Source: Longimicrobiales bacterium (lineage in GTDB: Bacteria; Gemmatimonadota; Gemmatimonadetes; Longimicrobiales; Gaopeijiaceae). From it: DNA of 64,000 nt. The translations under genes were made by a program, and so were the position numbers. The stretch spans positions 2,304,001-2,368,000 of the forward strand of contig OZ242008.1 of NCBI GenBank assembly GCA_965204735.1, given 5' to 3'. Below, one piece after another: positions 30,601 through 38,528 of the stretch (position 1 is its first letter; the number at the start of each line of letters is the position of its first letter). The notes under the pieces are model-generated. The model did no database searches and was not told the DNA's origin. It saw nothing but the letters and a program-made list of their open reading frames with translations.

Positions 30601-33600
30601 CACCACTACGTACCGGAACACCAGCGCCGCCGTCCCCGTCCCCGATGCGTAGCCCGCCTGCCGCGTCTGCCCGCCGATCCCCAGCGCCAGCTGCGGCGTC
30701 CCCGTCACGTCCACCGCCTTGTTGAACGTCACCGTCGCAACCACCGTGTCGCCGCGCTCGAACGTGCCGCCCGGCGGCGCCGCCACCGACAAGCCCGCGA
30801 CCCCCGGCGGCCCTTGGCTGCCGTCCACCTTGTGCGCCGCAGCGTTCGTCACCGTATTCGACCCCAAGCTCAGCGCAGCAGCAACAGTGCCCGGACGCAC
30901 GTCCGCAATCGACCCGCCGTTCAGCGTCAACGCGCTCGCACCTATGCTGATCCCGACCGTGTCCATGTCCACAGGACGAACCGCGTACGCGAACACCAGC
31001 GTGTCCACCTTGCTCGAAGCCGAATCGTAGCTCGCCTGACGAGTCTGCGTCCCAATCGTCAGCGCCAGTCGCGGCGTGCCCGTCACCGCCACCGGACGGC
31101 TGAACGCCACCTTCACTTCGATCTGCTCGCTCAGCTTGTACGTGCTGTCCGCCGCAGGCGCGCTCGAGATCGTCACCGCGCTCACCGCCGGCGTCGTGAA
31201 CGTCCCGCCCGCAACCTTGTGCCCCGTGCTGTTCGTCACCGCGCTCGCGCCCAGCCCCAGCACAGCGTCCAACGTCCCACCCGCAACCTTGATCGTCCCG
31301 CCGTTCAGCGCCAAAGCGCTCGCCCCGATGCTCAACCCGTCCGCGTCCGCGTCGCCGCTCGCCACCACGTACCGGAACACCAACGTGTCCGTGCCCGTCC
31401 CGCTCGCGTAGCTCGCCTGCCTAGTCGCGCTCCCGATCGTCAGCGCCAGCTGCGGCGTCCCCGTCACGTCCACCGCCGGCGTGAACGCCAACGCCACCTC
31501 GATCGTCTCGCCCCGCTCGAAGGTGTCGCCCACCGTCGGAGAACTGATCGACAGCGCCGTCACCCCCGGCGGACCAATGCTCCCGTCCACCTTGTGCAAA
31601 GCAGCGTTCGCAACCGCACTCGAACCCAGACCCAAGCTCGCCGCCGCCGTGCCGCCCGCGAGCACGATCGCACCCCCGTTCAGCGCCAACGCGCTCGCGC
31701 CGATGCTGATCCCGTCCGAATCGCTGTTCGCCGTCACCACCACGTAGCGGAACGTCAGCGTCTGCGTCCCCGAACCGCTCGCGTAGCTCGCCTGCACAGT
31801 GTCGCTGCCGATCTCCAGCGCCAGCTGCGGCGTCCCCGTCACCGCCACCGAACGCTCGAACTCCACCTCCACCTCGATCGCCTCCGTCCGGCCGTACGTC
31901 GAGTCGGCGCCCGCGTCGCTCGATATCGTCACCCCGCTCACGCCCGGCGCCACCTCCTTCGTGCCGTCCACCTGGAACGCCGCCGCGTCCGCAAAGCTCC
32001 ACGGCGTCAAAGTCAGCCGCGCGTCCGTCGTCGTGCCCGTCCCACGGATCGTCGCACCGCCCGGCAGCGTCAGTGCGCTCGCCCCGATGCTGATCCCCGT
32101 CGAGTCGCTGTCCGCCCCAACCACCGTGTAGCAGAACACCAGGATGACGCCGCCCCCTGTCGTGCCGCACTGCGGAGCGCTCCGCGTCTGCGCACCGATC
32201 CCCAAAGCCAGACTCGGCGTCCCCGTCACCGTCACGCCCGTGTTGAACCCGACGCCCACGCGTATCGGGTCGCCGAGACCGTACACGCTGTCCGTGCTCG
32301 CGTACGACAGCCCACCGAGCGTCGCCGACAGGAAGAACGCGCTCGTCACGTAGGGAATGTCGCCCGCAACCTTGTGCGCCCCGGCGTTCGAGAACACGTG
32401 CGAGCCCAACGCCAAGTCCGCCGCGTCCGACCACAGCCGACCGTCCGCGATCGTGTCCGACGCGCTCACCGCCAGCGCGCCCGCACCCACGCTGATCCCG
32501 TCCGCGTCCGCGTCCGTCGCCTGAACCACGTATCGGAACGTCACCCGCGTGGACGTCGCGTCCCTGCGGTTGTACTCCGCCTGTCGAGTCGAGTCGCCGA
32601 CCTCCAACGCCAGACGCGGCGTCCCCGCCACGTACACGCCCCGCACGAACTCCACCTCCACCTCGATCGCCTCGCCCGCCAAGTACGTGTCCCCAACCAC
32701 AGGACTGCTCGTTATCCTCACGCCCTTCACCACCGGCGTCGTCCGCGTGTTGCCCGCAACCTTGTGCGCAGCGCTGTTCGAAATCGCGTGAATGCCCAAA
32801 CCCAACACCGCGTCCGTCGTCGTGCCCATCCGCCGGATCGTGCCCCCGGACGGAGTCTCCAAAGCGCTCGCCCCGATGCTGATCCCGTCCGCGTCCGCGT
32901 CCGTCTGGAACACCGTGTACTCGAACTCCAACGACGTCGTCCCCGAACCCCTCACGTACAGCGCGTTCCGCAAACTCGATCCGATCCCGAGCCGAACCCG
33001 CGGCCTGTTTGCGCCCGTGCCTGTCACTGTCACCGCAACGTCGAACTCCACCGTCACGACCACCACGTCGCTCAACTCGAACGTGCTGTCCGTCGGAGCA
33101 TCGCCAATCGACACCCCCGTCACCACCGGACGGTCGCCCGCAACCTTGTGCGCCCCAGCGTTCGCGATCGCATGAGAACCCAGTCCCAGCTCCGCCGTCA
33201 CCGTCGCGCCCGCCTTGTTGATCGTCCCGCTGTTCAACCCCAACGCGCTCGCGCCAATGCTCAACCCGTCCGCGTCCGCGTCCGTCGCCGCCACCGTGTA
33301 ACGGAACGTCAGCGAATCCGTCCCCGTCCCGCCCGCGTAGCCCGCCTGCCGCGTCGCCGCCCCGATCCCCAACGCCACCTGCGGCGTTCCCGTCACGTCC
33401 ACCGCCTCGCTGAACTTCACCCACACCTCGATCCGCTGGCCCACCCCGTACGTGCTGTCCGAGCCCGTCACGCTCGCCAACCCCGCGCCCGCCACCACCG
33501 GCACGCCCTGCAAGCCGTTCACCTTGTGCGCAGCAGCGTTCGCCACCGCGTGCGCGCCCAGCGACAAGTCCGCCCGCGCCGTGCCCCCCACGCGCGTGAT

Positions 33601-35142
33601 CGGCGCCGCGAAGTTGCTGAAAGCGTTCGCCGGGATGCTGATCCCGTCCGCGTCCAAGTCCGCCCGCGTCACCGTGTACCGGAAGAACACGTCGTCCGCG
33701 TCCTTCGAGTACCAGCCCGCCGCCCGAACGTTGTCCCCGATCTCCAGGTTCAGCGTCATGTTGCCCACGAAGTTCGGCGTCACCACCGCACGGTCGAACT
33801 GAACCCGCACGTTGATGTTGTCGCCCGCAGCGTACGTCGAGTCCGTCCCCGCGCCGCTCAAGAACGTCACCGCCGATATCCTCGGCACGATCAGCGCGCC
33901 GTTCACCTTGTGCGCACCAGCGTTGGTGACCGCGTTGGCGCCGAGGGACAGCGTCGCGTCCACCGTCGTGCCCGCGTTCCTGATCGTCGCGCCGGACGGG
34001 GCCGCCAGCGCGCTCGCGCCGATGCTGATCCCGTCCGCGTCCGTGTCCGCCGCCACCACAGCGTACTCGAACACCAGCGTGTCCGTGCCTGTCCCGCTCG
34101 CGTAGCCCGCCTGCCTGGTCTGCGTGCCGATCCCCAAAGCCAGCTGCGGCGTCCCCGTCACGTCCACGTTCCCGCTGAACGCCACCGCCACCCGAATCCG
34201 CTCCGCCCGACCGTACGTGCTGTCCGCAGCGACCGGCGTGCTCGCCACCACCACGCCGGTCACCGTGACCGGTTGAACACCCACCTTGTGGGCCGCCGCG
34301 TTCGTGATCGCGTGGCTGCCCAAACTCAGGATCGCGTTCTTCGTCCCCAACCGGATCGTCCCGCTGTTCAGCGACAAGGCGCTCGCGCCGATGCTGATCC
34401 CGTCCGTGTCCGAGTCCGCCGCCACCACCACGTACCGGAACACCAGCGACGTCGAACCCGTCCCGCTCGCGTAGTTCGCCTGCCGCGTCGAGTCGCCCAC
34501 CGCCAAAGCCAGCTGCGGCGTGCCGGTCACCGCCACCGTCGAGTCGAACGCCACCGTCACCGCAATCGTGTCCCCAGTATCATACGTGTTGTCCGAACCC
34601 GCGCTGCTGCTGATCGTCACCCCCGTCACCTTGGGATACCCCAGGGTGCCGTCCACCTTGTGCGCAGCTGCGTTCGTGATCGCGTGGCTGCCCAAGCTCA
34701 GGTTGGCGAAGTCGCCTGATGCGGTGGTTTCCACGGAATTGGCGTGAAACGAGTGGGTGGAGATTCCGTCCGCGTCCATGTCCGACGTCTGCACAAGGTA
34801 CCACATCTCAAACCAGCTTACCCCTCCGTCCGGGGTTACGGCGGAGGAGGGGGCAGCCGAGCCAAAGCCGCTAATGATGCCATGCACCGCATCTCTGTTG
34901 ACCGACCCGATCGTAATCCTCAAGGGGATACCTTGATTGTCGGTGTAGACGTTTACGGAGAGCGACCAGTACGCCCTGATCTTTATGGTGTCGCCCGCCG
35001 CGTACGTGCTGTCCGAACCCGCAGAACTGACGATCTTCAGACTGTCCAGGTTCGCGGCCTGGGCACTCAGCGGCGCCGGCGCCGTGGTCCCGAACGCCGC
35101 CAGCAGGCCGAGGGCCGCGAGCGCGGCTCTCGCTACCGGCAT
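24631..35142 (-). CDS. Giant autotransporter adhesin (3503 aa): 17 ~125-aa beta-rich repeats, 5 cadherin-like repeats, an Ig-like domain and a C-terminal beta-barrel
   Basis: Signal peptide ..APAPLSA-Q; repeats VTGTPQLAL..YASGTGT..DxDxDGISI..HKV; cadherin motifs LxEN..ATDxD..NVNExP; barrel WTLWGQ..YLGLDY..GGRYDGGDAETGMG..GTITFK. Confidence 0.9.
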   Translation of the reverse strand: MPVARAALAALGLLAAFGTTAPAPLSAQAANLDSLKIVSSAGSDSTYAAGDTIKIRAYWSLSVNVYTDNQGIPLRITIGSVNRDAVHGIISGFGSAAPSSAVTPDGGVSWFEMWYLVQTSDMDADGISTHSFHANSVETTASGDFANLSLGSHAITNAAAHKVDGTLGYPKVTGVTISSSAGSDNTYDTGDTIAVTVAFDSTVAVTGTPQLALAVGDSTRQANYASGTGSTSLVFRYVVVAADSDTDGISIGASALSLNSGTIRLGTKNAILSLGSHAITNAAAHKVGVQPVTVTGVVVASTPVAADSTYGRAERIRVAVAFSGNVDVTGTPQLALGIGTQTRQAGYASGTGTDTLVFEYAVVAADTDADGISIGASALAAPSGATIRNAGTTVDATLSLGANAVTNAGAHKVNGALIVPRISAVTFLSGAGTDSTYAAGDNINVRVQFDRAVVTPNFVGNMTLNLEIGDNVRAAGWYSKDADDVFFRYTVTRADLDADGISIPANAFSNFAAPITRVGGTARADLSLGAHAVANAAAHKVNGLQGVPVVAGAGLASVTGSDSTYGVGQRIEVWVKFSEAVDVTGTPQVALGIGAATRQAGYAGGTGTDSLTFRYTVAATDADADGLSIGASALGLNSGTINKAGATVTAELGLGSHAIANAGAHKVAGDRPVVTGVSIGDAPTDSTFELSDVVVVTVEFDVAVTVTGTGANRPRVRLGIGSSLRNALYVRGSGTTSLEFEYTVFQTDADADGISIGASALETPSGGTIRRMGTTTDAVLGLGIHAISNSAAHKVAGNTRTTPVVKGVRITSSPVVGDTYLAGEAIEVEVEFVRGVYVAGTPRLALEVGDSTRQAEYNRRDATSTRVTFRYVVQATDADADGISVGAGALAVSASDTIADGRLWSDAADLALGSHVFSNAGAHKVAGDIPYVTSAFFLSATLGGLSYASTDSVYGLGDPIRVGVGFNTGVTVTGTPSLALGIGAQTRSAPQCGTTGGGVILVFCYTVVGADSDSTGISIGASALTLPGGATIRGTGTTTDARLTLTPWSFADAAAFQVDGTKEVAPGVSGVTISSDAGADSTYGRTEAIEVEVEFERSVAVTGTPQLALEIGSDTVQASYASGSGTQTLTFRYVVVTANSDSDGISIGASALALNGGAIVLAGGTAAASLGLGSSAVANAALHKVDGSIGPPGVTALSISSPTVGDTFERGETIEVALAFTPAVDVTGTPQLALTIGSATRQASYASGTGTDTLVFRYVVASGDADADGLSIGASALALNGGTIKVAGGTLDAVLGLGASAVTNSTGHKVAGGTFTTPAVSAVTISSAPAADSTYKLSEQIEVKVAFSRPVAVTGTPRLALTIGTQTRQASYDSASSKVDTLVFAYAVRPVDMDTVGISIGASALTLNGGSIADVRPGTVAAALSLGSNTVTNAAAHKVDGSQGPPGVAGLSVAAPPGGTFERGDTVVATVTFNKAVDVTGTPQLALGIGGQTRQAGYASGTGTAALVFRYVVVTADTDTDGLSIGASALALNGGTIDVAGGTTDALLSLAHHAISNDGALRVAGGTFTAASVSGVTITSSPAGASTYGLSEEIEVEVTFDRNVTVTGAPQLALTIGSQTRQAAYDSATSVAAGGGVLTFRYTVAAADADTDGISIGASALALNGGTISDARDGSTAASLGLGSHAISNSTGHRVDGAQGPPGVSGVSIASPPIGDTFERGDTVVATVTFNKGVDVTGTPQLALTVGTQTRQAGYASGTGTASLVFRYVVVTADVDADGLSIGASALALNGGMIDVAGGAVDAVLGLGAHAVTNSAGHKVAGGTFTAASVSGVSLTSSPAVATTYGRGEQIEVQVTFNRRVAVTGTPQVALTVGAQTRQADYASGTGTYTLTFHYTVVAADADTDGIEVGASALALNSGAINDARDGSTAAALGLGSHALSAAAGHKVDGTLAGASVTGVAVSSTPESGDTYGLGERIEVQVTFDRAVTVTGAPQLALTVGTATRQASYVGGSGTATLSFAYRVQGAGSGGSGTGGVDADADGVGVAAAALTLNGATIVNTADGVRPAVLALGSHAIAAAANDKVNGTVEAVPVVVGLAVTSTPGASGLYGPRSVIRVAVTFSRPVEVAGAPQQAGHMSAATAPVRLAIEIGTAVRHASYVSGSGTPVLVFEYVVQPADRDEDGISIPADALTAAGGALRIAGGTTAAALDLGSYAVENLEEHQVNGAGGTDPVFGRAEYEFELTEDESGPVVVGTVSATDPFGGEVAYSLAAGDEGLFEVDARTGEVRYVGTGEDAESRSEFVMIVRATADDGERTGDATVTVRLVNVNDAPVFTAERYAFAMAENVAGPLALGVAEAVDLDEGDTLTYRLVAGDADRFEVDGATGAVRYVGSGEDYEGAGPKSWELEVAATDLAGSSARAVVAVKLTNVNEGPAFADSAYAFDLAENARGPLLLGEVRATDPDAGDWLSYALTAGDAERFKVNATSGAVQYVGAGEDAETGPGSWELEVTATDRGGLTARTRVVVTLEDRNEGPVFVESIWEWELAEHVAGPVELGAVEATDVDAGDTLRYSLSGASAALFDVGESSGVVRYVGAGEDAETGPEGWEFEVVATDRAGLAAVAKVRVLLLDVNEAPAFVDSAYAFDLAENVRGPRELGRVEATDPDRGDVLTYSLAQGDAGRFQVDGASGRVRYVGAGENYEDGPPEFALVVRVTDGGGLTAEAAVVVTLLNVNEGPEAVGSLSPPVLEVGGAPWEVGLGEYFRDPDGDALSYVVVSSSPSVAAASVSGAGRLSVAPREIGATVVTVTATDAGGLTATQQASVTVSASRADRARALKLTLAAFGRSLGTETVDAIGGRLGLESSGSRGRSHVQLGGRSLSCVAFGGGRGAGVAFDGTASSHAGAGWGGGVSGGRCGLESLVRDATGLLGLQVTHPGTAGSGPGGTPGGTLDLAAIFFGDGAAGLGGAPSGALGQGGSYQGQREEDAGRAERTHGGIAFSPLTGRDLRSRSSFQLSFGGGSPDGQGGADADAASSASASPGASPAQTASQTGWTLWGQANMGEFEGRPEDDFAMDGRTRSAYLGLDYRFGSGFLMGLAGSRSDMAANYESGINGVGKTKAHLNSLYPYASWSSQGGFGIWGLAGAGRGAANVGEMGPPTYDADLRMRMGALGVRQRLVGGLALKADAFAVRMMTDASDVHVAAVTAGAQRVRLAPELGGQWTSGSVAMRTRIEVGGRYDGGDAETGMGAEAGAELGLVHAGSGLSLDARGRMLLIHQDRNFKEWGAAVALRVQPGREDGGLSFSLEPSWGNASGGAQTLWQGGGDVWRSAGVPGLGAPGPAVQPGSTVPAAGDQAGHGSPTGQGGSTGHGSPTGHDPTGHGGPTGHGGPPSHGVGPAHGFPSAHGFGATQDARGWAPSRLAMEVGYGLVLPGGGRIKPFGRWSREGAAGYRLNVGTQWATLGGQTAEQDPGLRLVMDFFGEQAADGFQPPERRVGVVGTITFK
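24915..25085 (-). repeat. 18-bp His/Gly tandem repeat inside the autotransporter barrel region
   Basis: GHGSPT GQGGST GHGSPT GHDPT GHGGPT GHGGPP SHGVGP AHGFPS AHGFG. Confidence 0.85.
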
Positions 35143-35178
35143 CGCGTGCGTCCAGAACGCGCGCGCCGGCCGGTCGCA

Positions 35179-35211
<33 letters not shown>

Positions 35212-35472
35212 AGAGTGCTCGTCATGGCAGACTCGGCGAAGAGCGAATTCATGGGGACGGCGTTGTTCGTGGCCTCGGTCACGTCAGTCAAGTGCCCGAA
35301 ACTGCCATACTACCATACCATCTCGCCATGCGCCACCATACTGCCATGCGCCGACTCACTGGCCGCCGCAGGCGCCGGCGCCAGCGTATCCGGCCCGAGA
35401 TCCAAGGTGGCCCGGGGAAGCCCACTTCGGGACGGACCGGGGCGAGAGTCCATGGCCGGCGGCTCCCCCGCC

Positions 35473-35500
35473 TTGCGGCGGCGGCCCGAAGTCCTATCAT
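35473..35500 (+). promoter_or_regulatory. Possible sigma70 promoter of the amtB operon
   Basis: TTGCGG (35473)-N16-TATCAT (35495). Confidence 0.45.
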
Positions 35501-35584
35501 GACTTCGTTCCCTTGCCCCCTTGCTTGGGCGCGCCACTCATACCCCGCTCCTCGACGGAGACGGGAACGGAGAAAGATCATCAC

Positions 35585-37006
35585 ATGAACGGAACCGAAG
35601 CAGGAATCCTTGGCCGCGGCAGGCTCGCCCGGCGCGCCGCCCTCGCCGGAGCCGCCCTGGCCGCCCTCGGGCTTCTGCTGGCCCCCGCGGTCGCCGTCGC
35701 CCAGACCACCGAGACCCAGTTCGTCCTCAACACGTTCTCCTTCCTGGTCTGGGGAGCGCTGGTCATGTGGATGTGCGCCGGCTTCACGATGCTGGAGTCG
35801 GGCTCGGTGCGTTCCAAGAACGCTTCCGTGATCTGCCTCAAGAACATCGGCCTCTACTCCGTCGCCGGGCTGGCCTTCTACACGCTCGGGTACAACCTGA
35901 TGTACGGGGGCGAGGCCGGGGGCTGGATCGGGTCGTTCGAGTTCTTCTACGGACCGTCCGAGGCGGAGCAGGCCCTCCTGGACGGCGACGCCGGGGCAAC
36001 CGCGACGGTCGTGGAGAACGGCTACGCGGTCATGTCCGACTGGTTCTTCCAGATGGTCTTCGTCGCCACCACGGCGTCGATCGTGTCGGGGGCGCTGGCG
36101 GAGCGGGTGAAGCTTTGGTCGTTCTTCGCCTTCACGGCGATCCTGACCATGGCGATCTACCCCGTCGTGGGCTCTTGGACGTGGGGCGCGGGCTGGCTCG
36201 CCGAGATGGGGTTCGCCGACTTCGCCGGTTCGACGATCGTCCACTCCACCGGCGGCTGGGCCGCACTGGCGGGGATCCTGGTGGTCGGCCCGCGGTGGGG
36301 CAAGTTCCGGGCCGACGGAACGGTCAAGGCCACGCCTCCGTGCAACATTCCCACGGTCACGCTGGGAGTCTTCATCTTGTGGCTGGGCTGGTTCGCCTTC
36401 AACGGGGGCTCCGTGCTGGCCCTGGGCGACGCGAGCAGCGCCGTCACCATGAGCAACGTGATCGTGGACACCAACCTGGCGGCGGCCGCGGGCGTCCTGG
36501 CGGCGCTGGCCGTGTCCCGTCCGATCCTGGGGCGCATCGACCTCTTCGCCGCCCTGAACGGGGCGATCGCGGGCCTGGTGTCGATCACCGCAGGCCCCGA
36601 CGTGATCGGCAGCGGCCACGCGATCCTGGTGGGCGCCGTGGGCGCCGTGATCTGCACGGCGGGCCTCAGGCTGCTGGAGTCCTTCCGGCTGGACGACGTG
36701 GTGGGGGCCGTTCCCGCCCACCTCTTCGCCGGCATCTGGGGAACGCTGGCCGTCGGCATCTTCGGCGGCGCGAACATTGGCGTCCAGGCAGTCGGCGTGC
36801 TGTCGGTGGGCGTCTTCGTCTTCTCGGTGTCGTGGGTCGTGTGGATGGCGCTGGACAAGACGATCGGCGTGCGCGTGAGCCGGCAGGTCGAGGAGCTGGG
36901 ACAGGACGCCGCCGAGCTGGGAATCGACGCCTACCCCGAGTTCGTGCTGATGGTGGACCCGGACGACGGGGCGGACTACAGGGAGCCCGACCGAGCAAGC
37001 ATCTAG
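35585..37006 (+). CDS. amtB: Ammonium transporter
   Basis: AGFTMLESG.VRSKN, FFQMVF..T..SIVSGA.AER, DFAGSTIVH, LWLGWFAFNGGS, DDVVGAVPAH. Confidence 0.97.
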   Translation: MNGTEAGILGRGRLARRAALAGAALAALGLLLAPAVAVAQTTETQFVLNTFSFLVWGALVMWMCAGFTMLESGSVRSKNASVICLKNIGLYSVAGLAFYTLGYNLMYGGEAGGWIGSFEFFYGPSEAEQALLDGDAGATATVVENGYAVMSDWFFQMVFVATTASIVSGALAERVKLWSFFAFTAILTMAIYPVVGSWTWGAGWLAEMGFADFAGSTIVHSTGGWAALAGILVVGPRWGKFRADGTVKATPPCNIPTVTLGVFILWLGWFAFNGGSVLALGDASSAVTMSNVIVDTNLAAAAGVLAALAVSRPILGRIDLFAALNGAIAGLVSITAGPDVIGSGHAILVGAVGAVICTAGLRLLESFRLDDVVGAVPAHLFAGIWGTLAVGIFGGANIGVQAVGVLSVGVFVFSVSWVVWMALDKTIGVRVSRQVEELGQDAAELGIDAYPEFVLMVDPDDGADYREPDRASI

Positions 37007-37019
37007 GCGCCGAGCGCAA

Positions 37020-38504
37020 ATGGGGAAGCACCTGGCGGCCCCGGATCCCGCGAGCCAGAGAGCGGGGTCCGGGGCCTTCGGGCACTACGAGCTGGACCCG
37101 GCCTTCCACGACGAGATGTTCGGGGAGGACGGGAAGCCTCGGGCTGCCTGCCGGCGGCTGGCCGGGGCGTTGGCGGCGACGCCGCCGGAGGAGCTGGCCA
37201 AGCTGCAGGCGGGGGTCGCCCGCCGCTTCCTCCACGAAGGGATCACGTTCACGGTCCTGGGCAAGCAAGAGGTCTCGGAGCAGATCATCCCCATCGACTG
37301 CGTGCCGAGGCTGATCACCGCCGCCGAGTGGGACCACGTCGAGCGGGGGCTGAAGCAGCGCCTTCGCGCCCTCAACCTCTTCGTCAAGGACGTGTACCAC
37401 GACGCGCGGTGCGTGCGTGCCGGCGTGGTGCCGGCCGACCTGGTGTTCGGGTGCCCTCAGTACCGCGCGCAGATGCGGAGGCTGAAGGTCCCCCACGACA
37501 TCTACGTGGCGGTGTGCGGAACCGACGTGGTGCGCACCCGAGACGGCTTCGCGGTGCTGGAGGACAACCTGCGGGTGCCCTCCGGGGTGTCGTACATGCT
37601 GGCGTGCAGAGCCGCCATGAAGGGGGCCTTCCCCACCCTCTACCGGGAGCACGGAGTGCGCGAGGTGTCCGGCTACGCTCGCCGCCTCTACGCCACGCTG
37701 GCGTCGCTGGGGACGGGCGGCGACGAGCCTCGGGTGGCGCTTCTCACGCCGGGACGATACAACTCGGCCTACTACGAGCACGCCTTCCTGGCCGGCGAGA
37801 TGGGAGCGGAGCTGGTCGAGGGCCGGGACCTGGTGGTGCGAGACGCGGTCCTCTACGCCCGCACCGCCGCCGGCCTGCGGCGCATCGACATTCTCTACCG
37901 GCGCGTGGACGACGACTTCTTGGATCCGGTCTCCTTCCGCAGCGACTCGATGCTGGGCGCGGCAGGGCTCTTCCACGTCTACCGGGCGGGCAACCTGGTC
38001 CTGGCCAACGCTCCTGGAACGGGCGTGGCCGACGACAAGGGCCTGTACGCCTACGTGCCCAGGATCATCCGCTGGTTCCTGGACGAAGAGCCGATCCTGG
38101 CCAACGTGGACACGCGGCTCTGCCGGGAGCCGGAGGGACTGTCGTACACGCTGGAGCACCTGCACGAGGTGGTGGTGAAGGAGGTGGCGGGCTCCGGCGG
38201 CTACGGCATGCTGATCGGCCCCCACGCCTCGGCCGGGGAGCGCGCCGACTTCGCCGAGCGGATCAAGGCGAACCCGGCCAACTACGTCTCCCAGCCGGTG
38301 CTGGCGCTCTCCCGGGCCGGGTGCTTCGTGGACGGGAGGCTCGAGCCCCGCCACGTGGACCTGCGTCCCTTCGTCCTCCAGGGCCGCAACGAGCAGCACG
38401 TGGTGCCCGGCGGTCTGTGCCGGGTGGCGCTGCCCCGGGGCAGCCTGGTGGTGAATTCGAGCCAGGGGGGCGGCTGCAAGGACCTCTGGGTCCTGAAGGC
38501 CTGA
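37020..38504 (+). CDS. Circularly permuted type 2 ATP-grasp protein (DUF404/DUF407)
   Basis: GITF, LEDNLRVPSGVSY, LTPGRYNSAYYEH, YRRVDDDFLDP, GVADDK, GSGGYG, PRHVDLRPF, VVNSSQGGG.KD.W. Confidence 0.95.
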   Translation: MGKHLAAPDPASQRAGSGAFGHYELDPAFHDEMFGEDGKPRAACRRLAGALAATPPEELAKLQAGVARRFLHEGITFTVLGKQEVSEQIIPIDCVPRLITAAEWDHVERGLKQRLRALNLFVKDVYHDARCVRAGVVPADLVFGCPQYRAQMRRLKVPHDIYVAVCGTDVVRTRDGFAVLEDNLRVPSGVSYMLACRAAMKGAFPTLYREHGVREVSGYARRLYATLASLGTGGDEPRVALLTPGRYNSAYYEHAFLAGEMGAELVEGRDLVVRDAVLYARTAAGLRRIDILYRRVDDDFLDPVSFRSDSMLGAAGLFHVYRAGNLVLANAPGTGVADDKGLYAYVPRIIRWFLDEEPILANVDTRLCREPEGLSYTLEHLHEVVVKEVAGSGGYGMLIGPHASAGERADFAERIKANPANYVSQPVLALSRAGCFVDGRLEPRHVDLRPFVLQGRNEQHVVPGGLCRVALPRGSLVVNSSQGGGCKDLWVLKA

Positions 38505-38528
38505 CGCCCGCGGGGAACGGAGAAGCCG

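Noticed and set aside
27493..34719. 2408-aa plus-strand ORF
   Set aside because: Arg/His-rich antisense shadow of the repetitive adhesin, caused by its codon bias.
24631..35142. Diversity-generating retroelement acting on the adhesin
   Set aside because: No reverse transcriptase and no template/variable repeat pair with adenine-specific differences seen.
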